Shown in pieces: positions 13,596-28,134 of a DNA stretch of 64,000 nt. Position 1 is the stretch's first letter. Every line of letters starts with the position of its first letter. The DNA lies in contig OZ024742.1 of assembly GCA_964016885.1 (NCBI GenBank), forward strand, positions 332,196,001 to 332,260,000, given 5' to 3'. Position numbers and translations under genes: made by a program. The notes under the pieces are model-generated. The model was not told where the DNA came from, searched no databases, and saw nothing but the letters and a program-made list of their open reading frames with translations. This stretch comes from Eledone cirrhosa (Eukaryota).

Positions 13596-14375
13596 TTTTT
13601 TTTTATTTTTAAGAGATTTAAATAAACGATATTATATATTTATCGATAGTTTTCTGAGAATGTTCTGGGCAAGGACTGGACAGACTGTAGGTCTTTTCAA
13701 AGGTACTTTTCTATACAAAGCCATATGTACAAAAACAAAACACTCATAAAGCGAACATCAAAAAAAGGAAATGCAAAGAAGAAAAAAAAAAGAAGCAAGG
13801 GAGGGGGAGGGACAGACACTGCACCCCAGTCTGAGCGGTGTCTCAGCCGCGCCCCAAGGACTAAATGGTATTATGTGTATGTCTATGTGGGTGAACACTG
13901 AGAATGGCCAAAGACCCCCGCTGCAGCACTAACCTAACCTGGCGAAGCTCCCTCTGTCTTTTGAATTTTACGGGGACCAAGGACATCAAATGTTTCGACG
14001 GAGACTCGGTCTTTCCTATCTTCTTCTCCCCTGAATTGCGGGCTGCGGAGCGCGTGTTTCTGTCCGAAGCGACATATTTGGTGGCGGAGTACGCCTCACA
14101 GTGCCTTGCGTGTTTCAGTGAGTCCAATATCAGATTTTATGACACCTGACATTGACTAGTCACTTTCTTTCTTTGCCTGTCGTTCCCGTGACCTACGATG
14201 ACACCGGACTGTCGTTTCTGCACCACAATTCAGGGCGATGAGTACACGTTCGAGTTCTGAGTGGCGCGAGAAGGAATGTTTGATGCACCGGATATCACTG
14301 GCAACGCTTCCGCCATCTTTTTTGCGGCGTGCAGCTGAGATATACCACCCGGCCAAAAGTATAGTTGTTTTAGTC
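13596..14375 (-). mobile_element. probable decayed 3' end of a non-LTR retroelement
   Basis: GC-richer island with broken minus-strand ORFs (13861-14127, 14156-14377), ending in a pyrimidine-rich UTR and AATAAA plus an A-run near 13596-13610. No diagnostic protein motif recognised. Confidence 0.35.
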
Positions 14376-14468
14376 AATCATTTTTTATTATATCTCCTTG
14401 TATTGTTCTCTCTTTCTGGATATAAATAAAGTTTAATTTATGAATAAATAATAATACATGCATATGAA

Positions 14469-14602
14469 ATAATTGTTTCTACTATTTGGCACAAGGCCAG
14501 CAATTATACCAGTGCATTACTGGTACTTTATTGTATCGACCCCGTAAGGATGAAAGGCAAAGTTGACCTCGGAGGGATTTGAGCTCAGACCATAAAAGGC
14601 CA
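14469..14602 (-). mobile_element. SINE fragment (same family)
   Basis: Near-identical to the 3' two-thirds of the 55161-55352 unit. Confidence 0.8.
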
Positions 14603-15301
14603 AACTCAGAATTACAGTCGGTCACAGTTAGTGTGAGTGAGTACACACACACTCACTCACACCGACGCGAGGTTGAAGAAAAGAAAATATATATACCAAC
14701 ATAGTATTCACCGAAAGTTAGTTTACAAATCAACAAATGTTATATTGGTCAAATCTCAATTTGACGACGTTAATTGGAGAAATTGGGTCAACCGCAACCC
14801 TATACACACGCAAGTAAGTTCAGTTCAATGTTCTGCTATACGTGTACCGATTGAATTGTAAATAGTGTATGTTTTGGTATATACACATCCATGTGAAGAG
14901 CAAGTAGTCAGCTCATATCGAACTCTGTATGTGCCGTTGTCCCATTGAGAATATGAATCCCCTCAGTCCTTCCTGGCCTATATGGCTAAACATAGTAGCC
15001 GGGTTTACACGCCAGTTAAATTAGCTCTAAAAGAAGGAGCCGACAATATCAGGTATTGAGTTAGGAAATAAAAAAAATATATATATATATAGTCTATCAA
15101 AGTTCTTCCGTTGCATATCTTCAACATCATCAGTCGTACTATTATGTTTCCGCCTGTTGTATTGTATGTCTACGCCATTTTTATTTGCAGATGTGCAACG
15201 AAAGAACTTTGATAGACTATATATATATATTTATATCTGTATTTTTAACCGTTGGTCATAATAATAATAATAATAATAATAATGATGATATATATATTAA
15301 G

Positions 15302-15400
15302 AATAATTGTTTCTACTATTGGCACAAGGCCAGCAATTACCCAGTACATTACTTGTACTTTATTGTATCGACCCCGTAAGGATGAAAGGCAAAGTTAACC
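15302..15400 (-). mobile_element. SINE fragment (same family)
   Basis: Matches the SINE 3' half up to GGCAAAGTTAACC. Confidence 0.8.
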
Positions 15401-15457
15401 TATATATAGTAAGAATAATAAATGTGAAGACTAAAGTCCGAAGACGACTCGATAAGG

Positions 15458-15493
<36 letters not shown>

Positions 15494-15519
15494 CACAGAG
15501 CAAATATTTATTAAAATAA

Positions 15520-15643
15520 CAGATTAAAGTTTAAGCAGAGAATCGCTGCTTTCACCCTTAACGGGATCTTCTGAAACTCAGTGTCAGACGACAGAAAATC
15601 CCGTTAAGGGTGAAAGCACCGATTCTTTGCTTAAACCTTAATC
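15520..15643. repeat. fold-back hairpin (~52-bp arms)
   Basis: AGATTAAAGTTTAAGCAGAGAATCGCTGCTTTCACCCTTAACGGGAT pairs with ATCCCGTTAAGGGTGAAAGCACCGATTCTTTGCTTAAACCTTAATCT. Confidence 0.8.
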
Positions 15644-15898
<255 letters not shown>

Positions 15899-15942
15899 AT
15901 TATATATATTTATAATTAATGTATAATAAACAATACAGTATA

Positions 15943-16018
15943 ATTAGCTCATTACCAGAGGTTTCCCGAATAAGACGAATACAAGAAATGTCCGCATTCG
16001 TTCATCAGACAAGGCAAT
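15943..16018 (-). ncRNA. type I hammerhead motif (family C-like) in a fold-back unit
   Basis: ATTGCCTTGT-CTGATGA-ACGAATGC..GTATTCGT-CTTATTCGG-GAAA-CCTCTGG-TA-ATGAGCTAAT. An internally deleted mirror copy lies on + at 16019-16060. Confidence 0.7.
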
Positions 16019-16161
16019 ATTGCCTTGTCTGATGATTGAATGCGAACCTTTGAGGTAATTATACTGTATTGTGTATTATACATTAAATATTTAGCTCTGT
16101 AACTTACATAGAGCACTCTTAATTCCTCTGACTTTTTCAATGGTCAACGGAAACTTCAATA

Positions 16162-16196
<35 letters not shown>

Positions 16197-16310
16197 GAAA
16201 ATAACCAGAACACAACAAAATAAACTTTTTCAATAGAAGAAGTGTGATCGATAGTGTCGATATTTTTGATTAGGATAGAAACTCTTGAGGTGAGTAATAT
16301 AGTGATAATG

Positions 16311-16497
16311 ATAATTGTTTCTATATTTGGCACAAGGCCAGCAATTATTCCAGGGTATTACTGGTACTTTATTTTATCGACCCCGTAAGGATGAAAGGCA
16401 AAGTTAACCTCGGCGGGTTTGAACTCAGACTGTAAAGGGACGTAACTATGCTAGAAAGCATGGTGTCCGACCCTCTACCGATACTGCCAATCCACCG
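16311..16497 (-). mobile_element. near full-length SINE (tRNA-derived head, Deu/Nin-like core)
   Basis: Minus strand has A-box-like TGGCAGTATCGG, B-box-like GAGTTCAAACCC and core GCCTTTCATCCTTACGGGGTCGATAAAAT. Confidence 0.85.
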
Positions 16498-18582
16498 GAT
16501 AATGATAATGATGTTAATTAAGGTGATGATGTATTTGTTGTTGTTGTTGACGATGATGATGATTATGATGTATTTGATGATGTTGTATATGATGATGTTG
16601 ACGATGTAGAAGATCGTATTGGTGGTGATCGAAGAGATTAGGAATTTGAATTCGGGTAATACTGTCGGTGATGGCATAGTTTGTGTTGGTGGAAATATGG
16701 AGGCAGTTTTTTGGGGGTAGAGGCAGCAATATTTAATGGTAGTGCTGGTGTTGTTGTTGGTGGTGTTGATGTTGGTGGTTACGGTGATGGTGGTATGATG
16801 GTGGTTGTTTAGTGAGAATGTTTGTTTGGTGGTATAAATGGTGATGGTTGTGTTTATAGTGTTGGTAATATCATTAGATGAGGCCGTGGATATGTCTGGG
16901 ACGGTTTTAGTTGGATGTTAGTAGCGATGTTGATGGCAATGTAATAGATGGTGCTGGTGTTGTTTCGGTGGGGATGGTGGTATTGATGGGATGGAAATGA
17001 CGCTTGTAATGGTACTGGGGTTGATTTTGGTTGGGTGGTACTTGAGATGATGATGTTAGTTTTGGTTAGTTTTCATACTGGGGTGTCTTTGTTGGCTGGT
17101 AACAGTGATGGTTGTGTTGATGATGCTATTCGCAGTTTTGGCATCATAACAGTAATGTAGATAGGGAGATTTTAGTTGGGTGGTACTAGCGATGATGATA
17201 GTAGTATATGTGATGTTGGTGGTGGCGGTGATGTTTGTGGTATGATTGTGAAGATGATAGTGTTCGTGTTGGTGGGATAGAGTTGGAGAAGATCACATAT
17301 TAGCACATTGTTTTGTGACAACCGGAACGACCCTATTCTCAGATGTAGGCCTTTAAAGGCCTGCACCTGTGCCCTTCCCCCAAACTCACACGAAGTAGTA
17401 AAAAAAGGGGAACATTACAAGATTGATTCAGTGCTTCTGTTGGTGGTGGTGTTATTTTTGTAGTTTTTAAAATTGTTGTTTATAATGTTCTTGTTGAAGT
17501 TGTTTGATAGTGTTGTTGATTGTTGATGAGGTTTTAATGTTGATATTGATGTTGATGTTGTTCCTGTTATTGCTTTTAATAGTTGTTGATGTTAGTGTTG
17601 CTGGTGTTGTTATTGCCGTTTTGTTGAAGACTGTATATCTTTGTCACATATTTAGAGCTTCTATTTCACTGTTCCATTATGATGTTAGCCTTCATACTTC
17701 CCACAGGGAATATCTTGAACGTCATGACTTCTTAAATGCCAATGTTAGAAATTGTTCAAATTATTAAAATTAAGTTATGCTTTATGTAACAACCGATTGA
17801 TTTTTTGCTTCTGTAATTGATATTTTTTAATTATTTTTTGGGAGAGCTCCATAAATTGGTGGCGATCTTTCCTTTCTGATTTCAAAAATCGATCGACTAT
17901 GTCTACCAAGATCGATCGAGTATGTCTTACTACGTATGGCAATACATAAAAAAACATATCCTAATTCAGTGAGATCGATTCCGTTAAAGAAATAATCCCT
18001 ATTTAAAATATTGTCCCTGGAGAAATCTATACTATAATATTGAGAAATATAATTAGTATTATAGTGTAAATTTGAAGTGTTTGTGTTCTCTGTGTTGTGT
18101 GTGGGGGGGGGGGGACGTATACATTTGTGTGTGATTGCTAAGAAAGGGGTGAGGGTGATAGGAATGACCAAGTGACGGATATGTTTAAATACTTGCACAT
18201 ATGTCATGAGATCAATGGTCCTACTGATGAAAATAATCAAAATAAATTTGACTGAACCTCAGATCCTTGATCCTTAGTTATCTATATATAAGACGGTATT
18301 CGACCAGGATACTGTTTGTTTTTTTTCGTTTTTTTTTTTCTGATACGATAGATAGCATCAAGCACAGTGTGTTCATTATTAAATACATTTCACATAGAGA
18401 ATTTTCTTCAACTCCAGTTGGATATTTTGTCGGACATGAATGCATCTCCTCATATCAATGCCATGTCATCCTTGGGCCCTTAGCACCTCATGGAGTCGTA
18501 GGGATACCAACATGATACACGGCGGGATTTGGCACTTAAACCTGGCTGGCAGATCTCATCCTTCTCTAGATTTGAGTGAGGG

Positions 18583-18653
<71 letters not shown>

Positions 18654-18707
18654 ACACGAGCACTGGAATGGTAGTTATTTTATCGACCTCGAATAATGAA
18701 ACATAAA

Positions 18708-19105
18708 TTTACAGATTGTACTGAATGCATTTTGTTGTGGCACCAGAACTAACACCATACGGAGTGTAAGAGTTGAATTTTATTGTACTACGAGCACTAA
18801 AACTGTACAGGTTGTACTGGATGCATTTAAAGATGTAGCACCAGAACTACGACTTTACAGATTACACTGAGTGTATTTTATCGTGGCCTCAGCTCTCCCA
18901 CATAACAGAATTCACAGAGGTATTTAATCAGGACACTAGCATTAATACTTTACAGAATGCACAGGGTGCATGTTGTCGTAGCAATACCACTTCTAACTTA
19001 AAGAAGTCACTGGGCATTTTATTGTGGTGCCAACACTATCGGGGTGCCAACACTAACCAATTACAAACTGTACTATGTGATTTTTATCATGGAACCAGCA
19101 CTACC
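18708..19105. repeat. degenerate ~48-bp minisatellite, about 8 units
   Basis: Consensus about TTTACAGATTGTACTGGGTGCATTTTATYGTGGCACCAGCACTAAYAC, repeated with 47-50 nt period. Confidence 0.65.
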
Positions 19106-19589
19106 AGTACATTTACCAGATTTATTTTAACACTGGATTCATTATACTTAATATGTCTGCGTTTCTTTAAAGTTACTATCACTGCTGCTGCTAATAATAC
19201 AACTACAGCCATAACTACTATCGAAAGGGATGCAAACGAAACGACCTAGCAAAGAAGTCAAAGCGTGCAATTAAATAAATTACACACATATTCCCTTATT
19301 CCCAGGACATGGCCCAAGATGCTTAAATATGAACACGTGAAAATTACCTTAAAGTGTATGAGAAGTTTCTCTGAGATACACATGTGTGCATGTGCGTATG
19401 TGCATAAGCACATTATCTATCTCTATACTACATTCATATGTAAATAAATATAATCATATATATGTATATATGTGTATGACTCTCTATCTCTTTCTTTCTC
19501 TCTCTCTTTCTCTCTTTCTCTCTATCTATCTATCTATTTGTGTATGTGTGTATATATATATATATGTATGTGTGTCTGTGTGTCTGTGT

Positions 19590-19640
<51 letters not shown>

Positions 19641-19880
19641 CATATATATCTGTTTATAAATTTAATTTGTCGAATTGAGAAAACTGTCATGAAACTCTTC
19701 ACTTAATGAACCAAATTTGTTATTATATACCAAAGGAATTAATACTATCATGTGTTCCTTTATAATTTGATGTCGAAAGGAAGAAAAATATTTATAACAA
19801 ATTTTACTATGTACACATATGCGCTGTAATAACTATCGTACACATTACTTTATATATGTTCAACATTTACATATAGATAG

Positions 19881-19969
<89 letters not shown>

Positions 19970-19995
19970 TGTGTGTGTGCATGTATGTGCATGTA

Positions 19996-20044
<49 letters not shown>

Positions 20045-20048
20045 ATAA

Positions 20049-20099
<51 letters not shown>

Positions 20100-20575
20100 G
20101 TATTTATGAATACACGTGTGTATGTATATATATATGTGTGTGTCTATATGTGTATAAATATAAATATATATGTGTGTGTGTGTGTATGTGTGTATACGGT
20201 GAATTATCCTTACAGACGAAGATAGAAACAAATATACACCTTCCTTTATACACACAATCTACTCCAAGCTTCCTATTCCCTTACTGAACCGCACATACAC
20301 ACATACATTCTCATACACATTGATATATATTCACGTCCCAAGAGAGATCCTTTTTACTTTCTGTTATTTTTTTCTTGAAATTTCCAAAGAAAATTTTCAT
20401 TGCAATATTTCCTAATTACATGCATTCTCTTCTCTTATTGCGTGTGTAATTATAATTAAATCTTGATAACCTTAATATAAATACTGATGCTCCTACTCCT
20501 AATAAATGAACTACTACTACTACCGCTGCTACTGATATTGGTAGCACCAACTCCATCACCTCCATCACCACGGCC

Positions 20576-20724
20576 CTACTACTACTATACCACCACCACC
20601 ACCGCCACTACTACTACTACTACTACAACTACTACTACTACTGCTGCTACTACTACTACTACTACTACTACTACTGTTTCTACTACAACTACTACTATTT
20701 CTACTACTAGTGCTGCTGTTGCTG

Positions 20725-20806
<82 letters not shown>

Positions 20807-20823
20807 CACCACAACGACCACCA
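20576..20823. repeat. (ACT/ACC/GCT)n trinucleotide microsatellite
   Basis: Direct inspection. Confidence 0.95.
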
Positions 20824-21149
20824 CACTTATGATAACTAATTATTTATATATTTATTAATGTTAGTTTTCATATTAATATTATGCGATGAGCATGTTGAAC
20901 CTACTAACCAACTGGCTTCAGGCTGCAAAATATTTGCTCCTTAAGAATATAAAACAAGGTATATTAGAGTGGAGCCATATTTACACTGGTTATTGTGCAG
21001 GTTTTATGGTCTGAAAACGAAAGGAAAATTGTACAACCATCACCCAGTTGCAGTAACAGGTGGCGCGAACGTTACAATTATACGGGTCTTCCCTGTGAAC
21101 AATCAAGTCCAACACAACTGATATAACCGTGAAGTACCACGAAGAGGAA

Positions 21150-22402
21150 ACATGTTTCTTAATTGCCATGCGCATTCCTTCAGATCGCAACATCTCGAAA
21201 GTGTTCGGTAATTTCAGTAAGTTTAACGAGGAAAATTGCGAGCTCTTCCCGGCCCAAAGAAGGCGGCGGGTCGATTTTCACTATGGACTCGGCCGAGAGC
21301 CGAATCAGTTCTACACGGGACAACAGCTGTTCGACATAACTCCTCAAGTCAGTAATGCACGGACATTGGACGAGTGCGAGCTGAACGTTTTCGTCGTCTG
21401 CGCGCATCTCGGGCAGGTCCGTCTGACAGCACTTCTGTGCTCGTATAGTTCATCTTGAACCGACAGTACACCCCAGTAGCACTGCCAGGTGGATGTTATC
21501 CATCGTCCACGACCCGAAAGTCCTCAGAAACAAACTGGTCATTTTGACTTCGTCGACACCCAGAGCCTCTCCGAGAGTGTCGTCGCACTATCCCACCACT
21601 AATCCTCTATAGAATTCGAGAGTAGATTTTTCACTGACCATATTGCACACCATGTAGAGGGCAGTGAGTGCCTGGCAAACTTCCAGATGCCAAGCACCCA
21701 GTAAAGGTCTCTTCTTGACGTAGGACTGCAACTCAGTCAAAGGGATGAGCTGCGGAAAGGCCCGTCTGACAAACGGCAACCGTTCACCGTTTAGGCAGAA
21801 TATCTGGGGATGCCGCAGCCTCAGCGCATGTTTGCGCATCATTAGCCACTGCATACCCAACCATACGCAGAAAGATCACCTCAACAACGGAACCTGTCCC
21901 CTTCACAAGAGGTTTAAGAGGAGGTGCTCCAATTTGGCGAGGCGCGAACGGGAGCAAGGTAATAGATGACGGACGCGATGTACGCGTTCACCACCTCCAC
22001 CCGACCTTTCAGAGACAGCTTCCTCTCCGCCCATTTCTGGGTGAGAGTGGCTACCATGATCGTCACCTGGTCCCAATTCTTATCCACCAAGAGGTCTGGT
22101 CCGAACCAAACCCGAGCAACCTTACCAGTCTGTCAGTCCAGCGCCCGATGAAGCTGTTGGATGGCATGGACTTGCTTTTCCAGGTGTCTAGATGCAAGCC
22201 TACCGATGTTTCTGAGTTAAGTTTCGCTCCTGTCAACCTTTCATATTCTTCCAATAAGGTGCCGAACACCTCGGAAATCGAGATGTTCGGCACCCTCAAG
22301 TTGATGTCGTCCGTATAAGCAGACACAGCCTTTCCGCCTCCTGAACGGGATGTCATGCAACAGCTCCAGCTTCCACAATAACGACTCAAGAGGCAATACA
22401 GA
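21150..22402 (-). pseudogene. L1/Tx1-clade LINE ORF2 fragment (RT C-terminal half), disrupted
   Basis: LESLLWKLE, VSAYTDDI (YADD motif), GAKLNSETSVGL, LEFYRGLVVG, ALVQCPCITDLRSYVEQLLSRV; homologous to 57588-59613. Confidence 0.85.
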
Positions 22403-22440
22403 CAGAAGATTTATGAGAAATTGTGCGTTGATAGATCTAA

Positions 22441-22850
22441 TAAATGGTATGAACATACACCAAAGTTTGTCACTGATAATGATGAGGTTAAATTATTGTG
22501 AGATTTTATGATACAGTGTGACACTATGATTGAAGTAAGGAGCCAGACATAGTAATTTTCAACAAAAAATACAACAAACATTGTATTTTAATAGATATTG
22601 TAGTTCCAGAGTATATGAAAAAGAGGGAGAGACGGTACATTAGTATGGGGATCTCAAACGGGAAATTGCCAAATTATGGCAAAAGGAAATCGTAGAAATA
22701 GGGCCTGTAGTAATATGAGCTTTTGGAAGGTTGTGAAGGAAATTAGGAGTCTAGTTTGGTATGCTCGGAATAGAAATAAAATCATACACGCTACAAAAGA
22801 CAGCCATGGTAAGAACAGCAAGAATTTCGTGAAAAGTTCTAGAGACAAAT
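22441..22850 (+). pseudogene. C-terminal restriction-like endonuclease fragment of an R4/Dong-type non-LTR retrotransposon
   Basis: KWYEHTP..DNDEVKLL*DFMIQCD, CILIDIVVP, LQKTAMVRTARI..KVL across frameshifts. Confidence 0.7.
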
Positions 22851-25800
22851 TTGAAGGAAGCTCCGGAAAATCTGGCCATTCATTAGGACCTGCTTCCAAA
22901 GATTAATTCGGTTGAAAATCTGTGCGAACTTTCGTGTGATAATGATAATAGTGTAATTTGTCGATTAAATCATTGTCAGTGTTTTATTTTATCGAACCCG
23001 TAAGAATGAAAGGCAAAGCTAACCTCGGCGGGATGTGAACATAGAATGTAAGAGAGCGTAACTAGATTTTCCAAAGGATACCAACGGTAAGCATGATTAT
23101 TTTATGATAAAGATTAGAGGTGACTGGTGTTAGAAAGACTAGCTACAAAACGATGATATTAAATATTGTTTTGAGCATCGCTTAAAAAAGAAGGGTGAAA
23201 ATCCTTACAACAGCACAGACAATAATATGCCGAAGATCCATATAGAATAATGTATGAAGCGTGATTTAAGGGTAATTGGACTGCTATATTTATTCATTCA
23301 ATAGATACGGTGGTAATACTTTTGCTGTCGATTCTGCTACTGTTGGCGTTGAAAGGGCTTCGTCTATATGACCGTTTCTCTTATAGTGGTCATTGACGAT
23401 TCAGCTACTGTTAGCAGTCATGGCAGAACTGATGCGGACCATATTGCCGTCACTGTCACTTTTCTCAAAACAAGGTCTCTTCTCACACACCTTGCTCACT
23501 TGCTGCGCATGGTTTACTCCCATCTGCTTTATATAAATCGGTAAGTCAATTTTTGGGGGATGTTTGCCTTAACCCTTTAGCTTTTACATTACTCTCTATA
23601 TACTATTGTATTTTCACTGCAAACACTTTATTTCACATAATTATTTCACATAATATCGAAGCTATAAAATCTAATATTATTTATTTTGAGAACAATACAT
23701 AAGTATGAAAGACCGATTCTAGACAATTTCAACAGACAGTGATGAGAGAAATCTGGCTGGATATCGCCGGTTTAAATACTAGAAGTTTAATATATACGAG
23801 AGTGATAACAACCGTCGAGAGACATTTAAAAAAACAAGCCCAAGAACTATTTATAATGACTATTTAAAAAAAAAACACGGGATTTATTAAGTACACCAAA
23901 TAAACTAAAGAGAATGCAACTTTTAATTTAATGATTTAGGATACACAGACATGTTTAACTACTTTTATAATTATGAAATGATACCATGACACTCAAGAAG
24001 TGTGCCAAGAGCAATCTCACGTCAACACAAAACATCATTAAAAAAACAAACTATAATCAAATACAAGCAATATCAGACGAAACAATGACAAAAAACTATA
24101 AACTGGGCAGTATATATCAATAGTTAGTGATAAACGAAGCGGACAATGGACAAAAATAGAAGGAAATACACACGGAATAATATACTGAACTAACTGCCAA
24201 GAATAAAGTAATTAGTATAAGCATACTAGCTACCCAGCAAGTCAACTACAATTTCAGTATAATTAATTAAAAATTAAGTGAACTGAAAACCATAAGGAAA
24301 TAAGAAAAACAATACACCATCAGAAATGTGATGTGAGCAGTCTGTATAATCTTGCCACCTATAGAAGTTTGGGAACCCAACCGAACAGAAAATTGCTACA
24401 GTAAGTATAAATAGAAAGATATGAAAAAAATATGTATATAAAATGGGATATATTCAAGAAATACCTCATAAAATATCTGGACAGACTTTATGTATTATTT
24501 CAGGAACATGACAAGAACATAAAACTATTTTTTATGAATAAAGATACAATTAAAACAATTACGTCTTGTAGATAGACCTGCTTATATATCAATGCCAGTA
24601 GAGTGGGAGAATCGTAGGCGGTTAGGATAAATTCCTGATGGTATTTAGTTGCGGTCTTTTTGGTTTTTAGTTTATACTCTTCCAATGCAGAATTTTCTGT
24701 TTATTTTCCCTGAGTTCGCTAAAGTTCATATCTATCAGGTAATATATCGATTATAGAAATTATTTTTCTCCGCATTATAACATTGTTTTCTTTACAAATA
24801 ATCAAATACAACTACATTTTAGGGAGTGGTGAAGGTTGAGTCTGTACCACTAGGGACAACCATCCTGTTTCAAACCCAGGCCGTCGCAGCTCCTCACATA
24901 TTCAAATATATACAACAGTTCCCCAAGTGCTGCCCTCATAAAAATGTCACCCGGGAATAATCACTCCCGTGGTCTCTTACCCAGCTATGCTACTGCTTTT
25001 ATGTTTTCGGTGATTTACAATTAAGTGTGGATTTTTATATCTCATGAAACATTTTATTCACTAACGCATTTACCTCATTCTTCTTTTATTCATAGGGGTG
25101 CCATATTGACATACGGCGTTTCTTGAGCATTTTAAAAAAACTGGTGGAGCCCATCTTTGCTCCATGTCTGAATACAACAGATTTCGTCGAGAGATGAATA
25201 GAGAGTGAGAGAAAGGAAGTGAGAAAGAGACATAGAGGAGGAATCGACTCCAGTAATTGACTGGTAGTTTCCATGGTGGTATTTGAACTGAGAGAACAGA
25301 AAGCCGAAATGGATACCAGAAAACCTTATGTCCTGCATTCTAACGATGACGTTATATAAATAACGAACACTGTTACAATACTGGAGGAAAAATATACATG
25401 TGTTCGACGTCCATTGGTTTCGAAGATTGTGGTTCTATATATATTTAATCAACATAAGTCAGCTTGTAACATAATGTGCAAGTGGCTGAGCATCTCACAT
25501 CCCCGTATAGAGTTAATAGGATTCACGGAAATTCAGCACAACAGTTTGATAAACATTGTCCTTTGAATCAGGTACAACTCATTATGTAAACTGGAAAAAT
25601 TTGTAAAATTGTATCTTGCTGAACGACACTGAACAATACGCTACCCAGAATAGAACACACGATCTTCCGGTCATGAACCAATCACCCTAACCACTATGCC
25701 AAGAATCTTCACCACGAATCTTGGCCACAAAATGAAAACAACATTTCTATTCAAACTACAACTCGTGCAACACATCCACCAGGAATGTAAAATATACCTT

Positions 25801-26749
25801 TGAACTGTCACATTCTAATGATAAAGCTACCACAGTGGTTGTCTGTTATGCCTACAATTGAACGATACATAAAATATATTTCCTTGCCAAATTTAACCTA
25901 AAATCTCCACATTTAACATAGATAGCGTTATCTTTAATAAATCCTACAATATTCTACACGATAAGGTAAAGATTGTAAATGGACATTTGTCGGTTTCAAT
26001 GATGGTTGTTCCGCTTCCTTGATCAATGAAATAGCCAATTCATTGAATTAAAGTGCAATTAAATGAGAATTCCACAGATCTATACGTTAACATAATTCTC
26101 AGAGAGATTCAGCGAGAAAAATGTAACGGCTTGTCCATTGAATTACAGTTACAGTGTATCCGACAGGATTCCACGCATTTTCCGTCTACTTTCTTTCATT
26201 CACATAGCTTGGGTCAACCCGATGCTATGCTAAGAAAAAAAACACTTGCCAAATATGATAGCGAGGCAAATAAGTTTACCATTCCACCATTGGTCATTCA
26301 TATAGTAATGTTTTTCCAATCAACAAACTACTGCATACACTTTCTTCACGATGGTCCATCATATCAAATCAATGGCAAGGTAAGTAGAGGTTTTGCTAGT
26401 TCTGGATCGTCCCCTCATTATAGATGTGACCTTCAGTTCAGACAGGCTATGGTTTCTCCTATCTGAAGTTCAAGTCTGGCCAGGGTGTTTGCATCAACTA
26501 ATTGTCGGAAAGCAATATTTGGAGCTAACTATATTAGTTGGTTAACACACGTTGGTTAGCAAAAAATAAATGGTTCTGATAAAATTATTATAGCCATAAC
26601 GGTGAACGATAAAACTATATTTGTCACGTTACAGTATCGGTTTGAACGCATAAATTATCTTTTTGGATTATATTTATATATATTTTCACTTATTTATTTC
26701 AAGTGTGTTGTTTTGACCAGATAGAATACACAAAAAATACACACACGCC

Positions 26750-26845
<96 letters not shown>

Positions 26846-26974
26846 TATATCTATATATATATTGCTTTAGAATTTTAGATTTAGTATGCACTCCCGCAGC
26901 TACCCGTTTCAGAAAACGTGCGTGTGTGTAAGGTATATATATATATATAATATATTTCTCCTCGCGTGTATATG

Positions 26975-27018
<44 letters not shown>

Positions 27019-27594
27019 AATGTTATAAACCAGCTGAAATTGAAGCAATGAAACAATAATAAGCCATTTGAGTGAACACATTTCTGATATTTTCTGATAT
27101 TCTTCCAGAAATATCGCAACGAAATAGCTGGAGACCATTGTATGATCGCATGTTTCACTAAGGACTAAAATACGAGAAGTAAACCTCCGCAGAGAAATTA
27201 CAATTTATAATTCATATGTCTTTCATTGTTTTGGGATGCATGTTGTTTTCTTAGATTAGAGTGGCCCAAACATTTGACCTCTTTCCTTGCAGAATTCCCA
27301 ACGGCTGTCAGTTTTTGTTTAGAAATAGATACATAACTTTATACATCCACCTACATTGCTGATAACCCATATTATATATATATTTTCTTTGCATTATCTC
27401 GTTGCCAGCGTTAGCAATAGAAAAATATTTCTTAACATTGTACTATAGTTTGACAAAATTGTTATCATTTTTTAACCAAGTAATCGTTTACAAGTCTCAC
27501 TGCATAAGTTGCTTACTTTTCTTTTTCTTCAAAACTTACTAACACTTACTCGCCCGCAGGCGTGCACTTCGAGTGAGAAAGAGACAGAGATACA

Positions 27595-28091
<497 letters not shown>

Positions 28092-28134
28092 ATAATAAGG
28101 GTGAAAGCAGCGATATATATATAGACACGTATAT

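Noticed and set aside
20487-20858. Mucin-like poly-Thr ORF (also poly-Ser 54462-54737 and Val/Met-rich 50118-50620)
   Set aside because: These are trinucleotide and low-complexity repeats, with no splice or domain evidence.
26053-26466. 137-aa non-repetitive ORF
   Set aside because: GTG start, no recognisable domain and no supporting exon structure.
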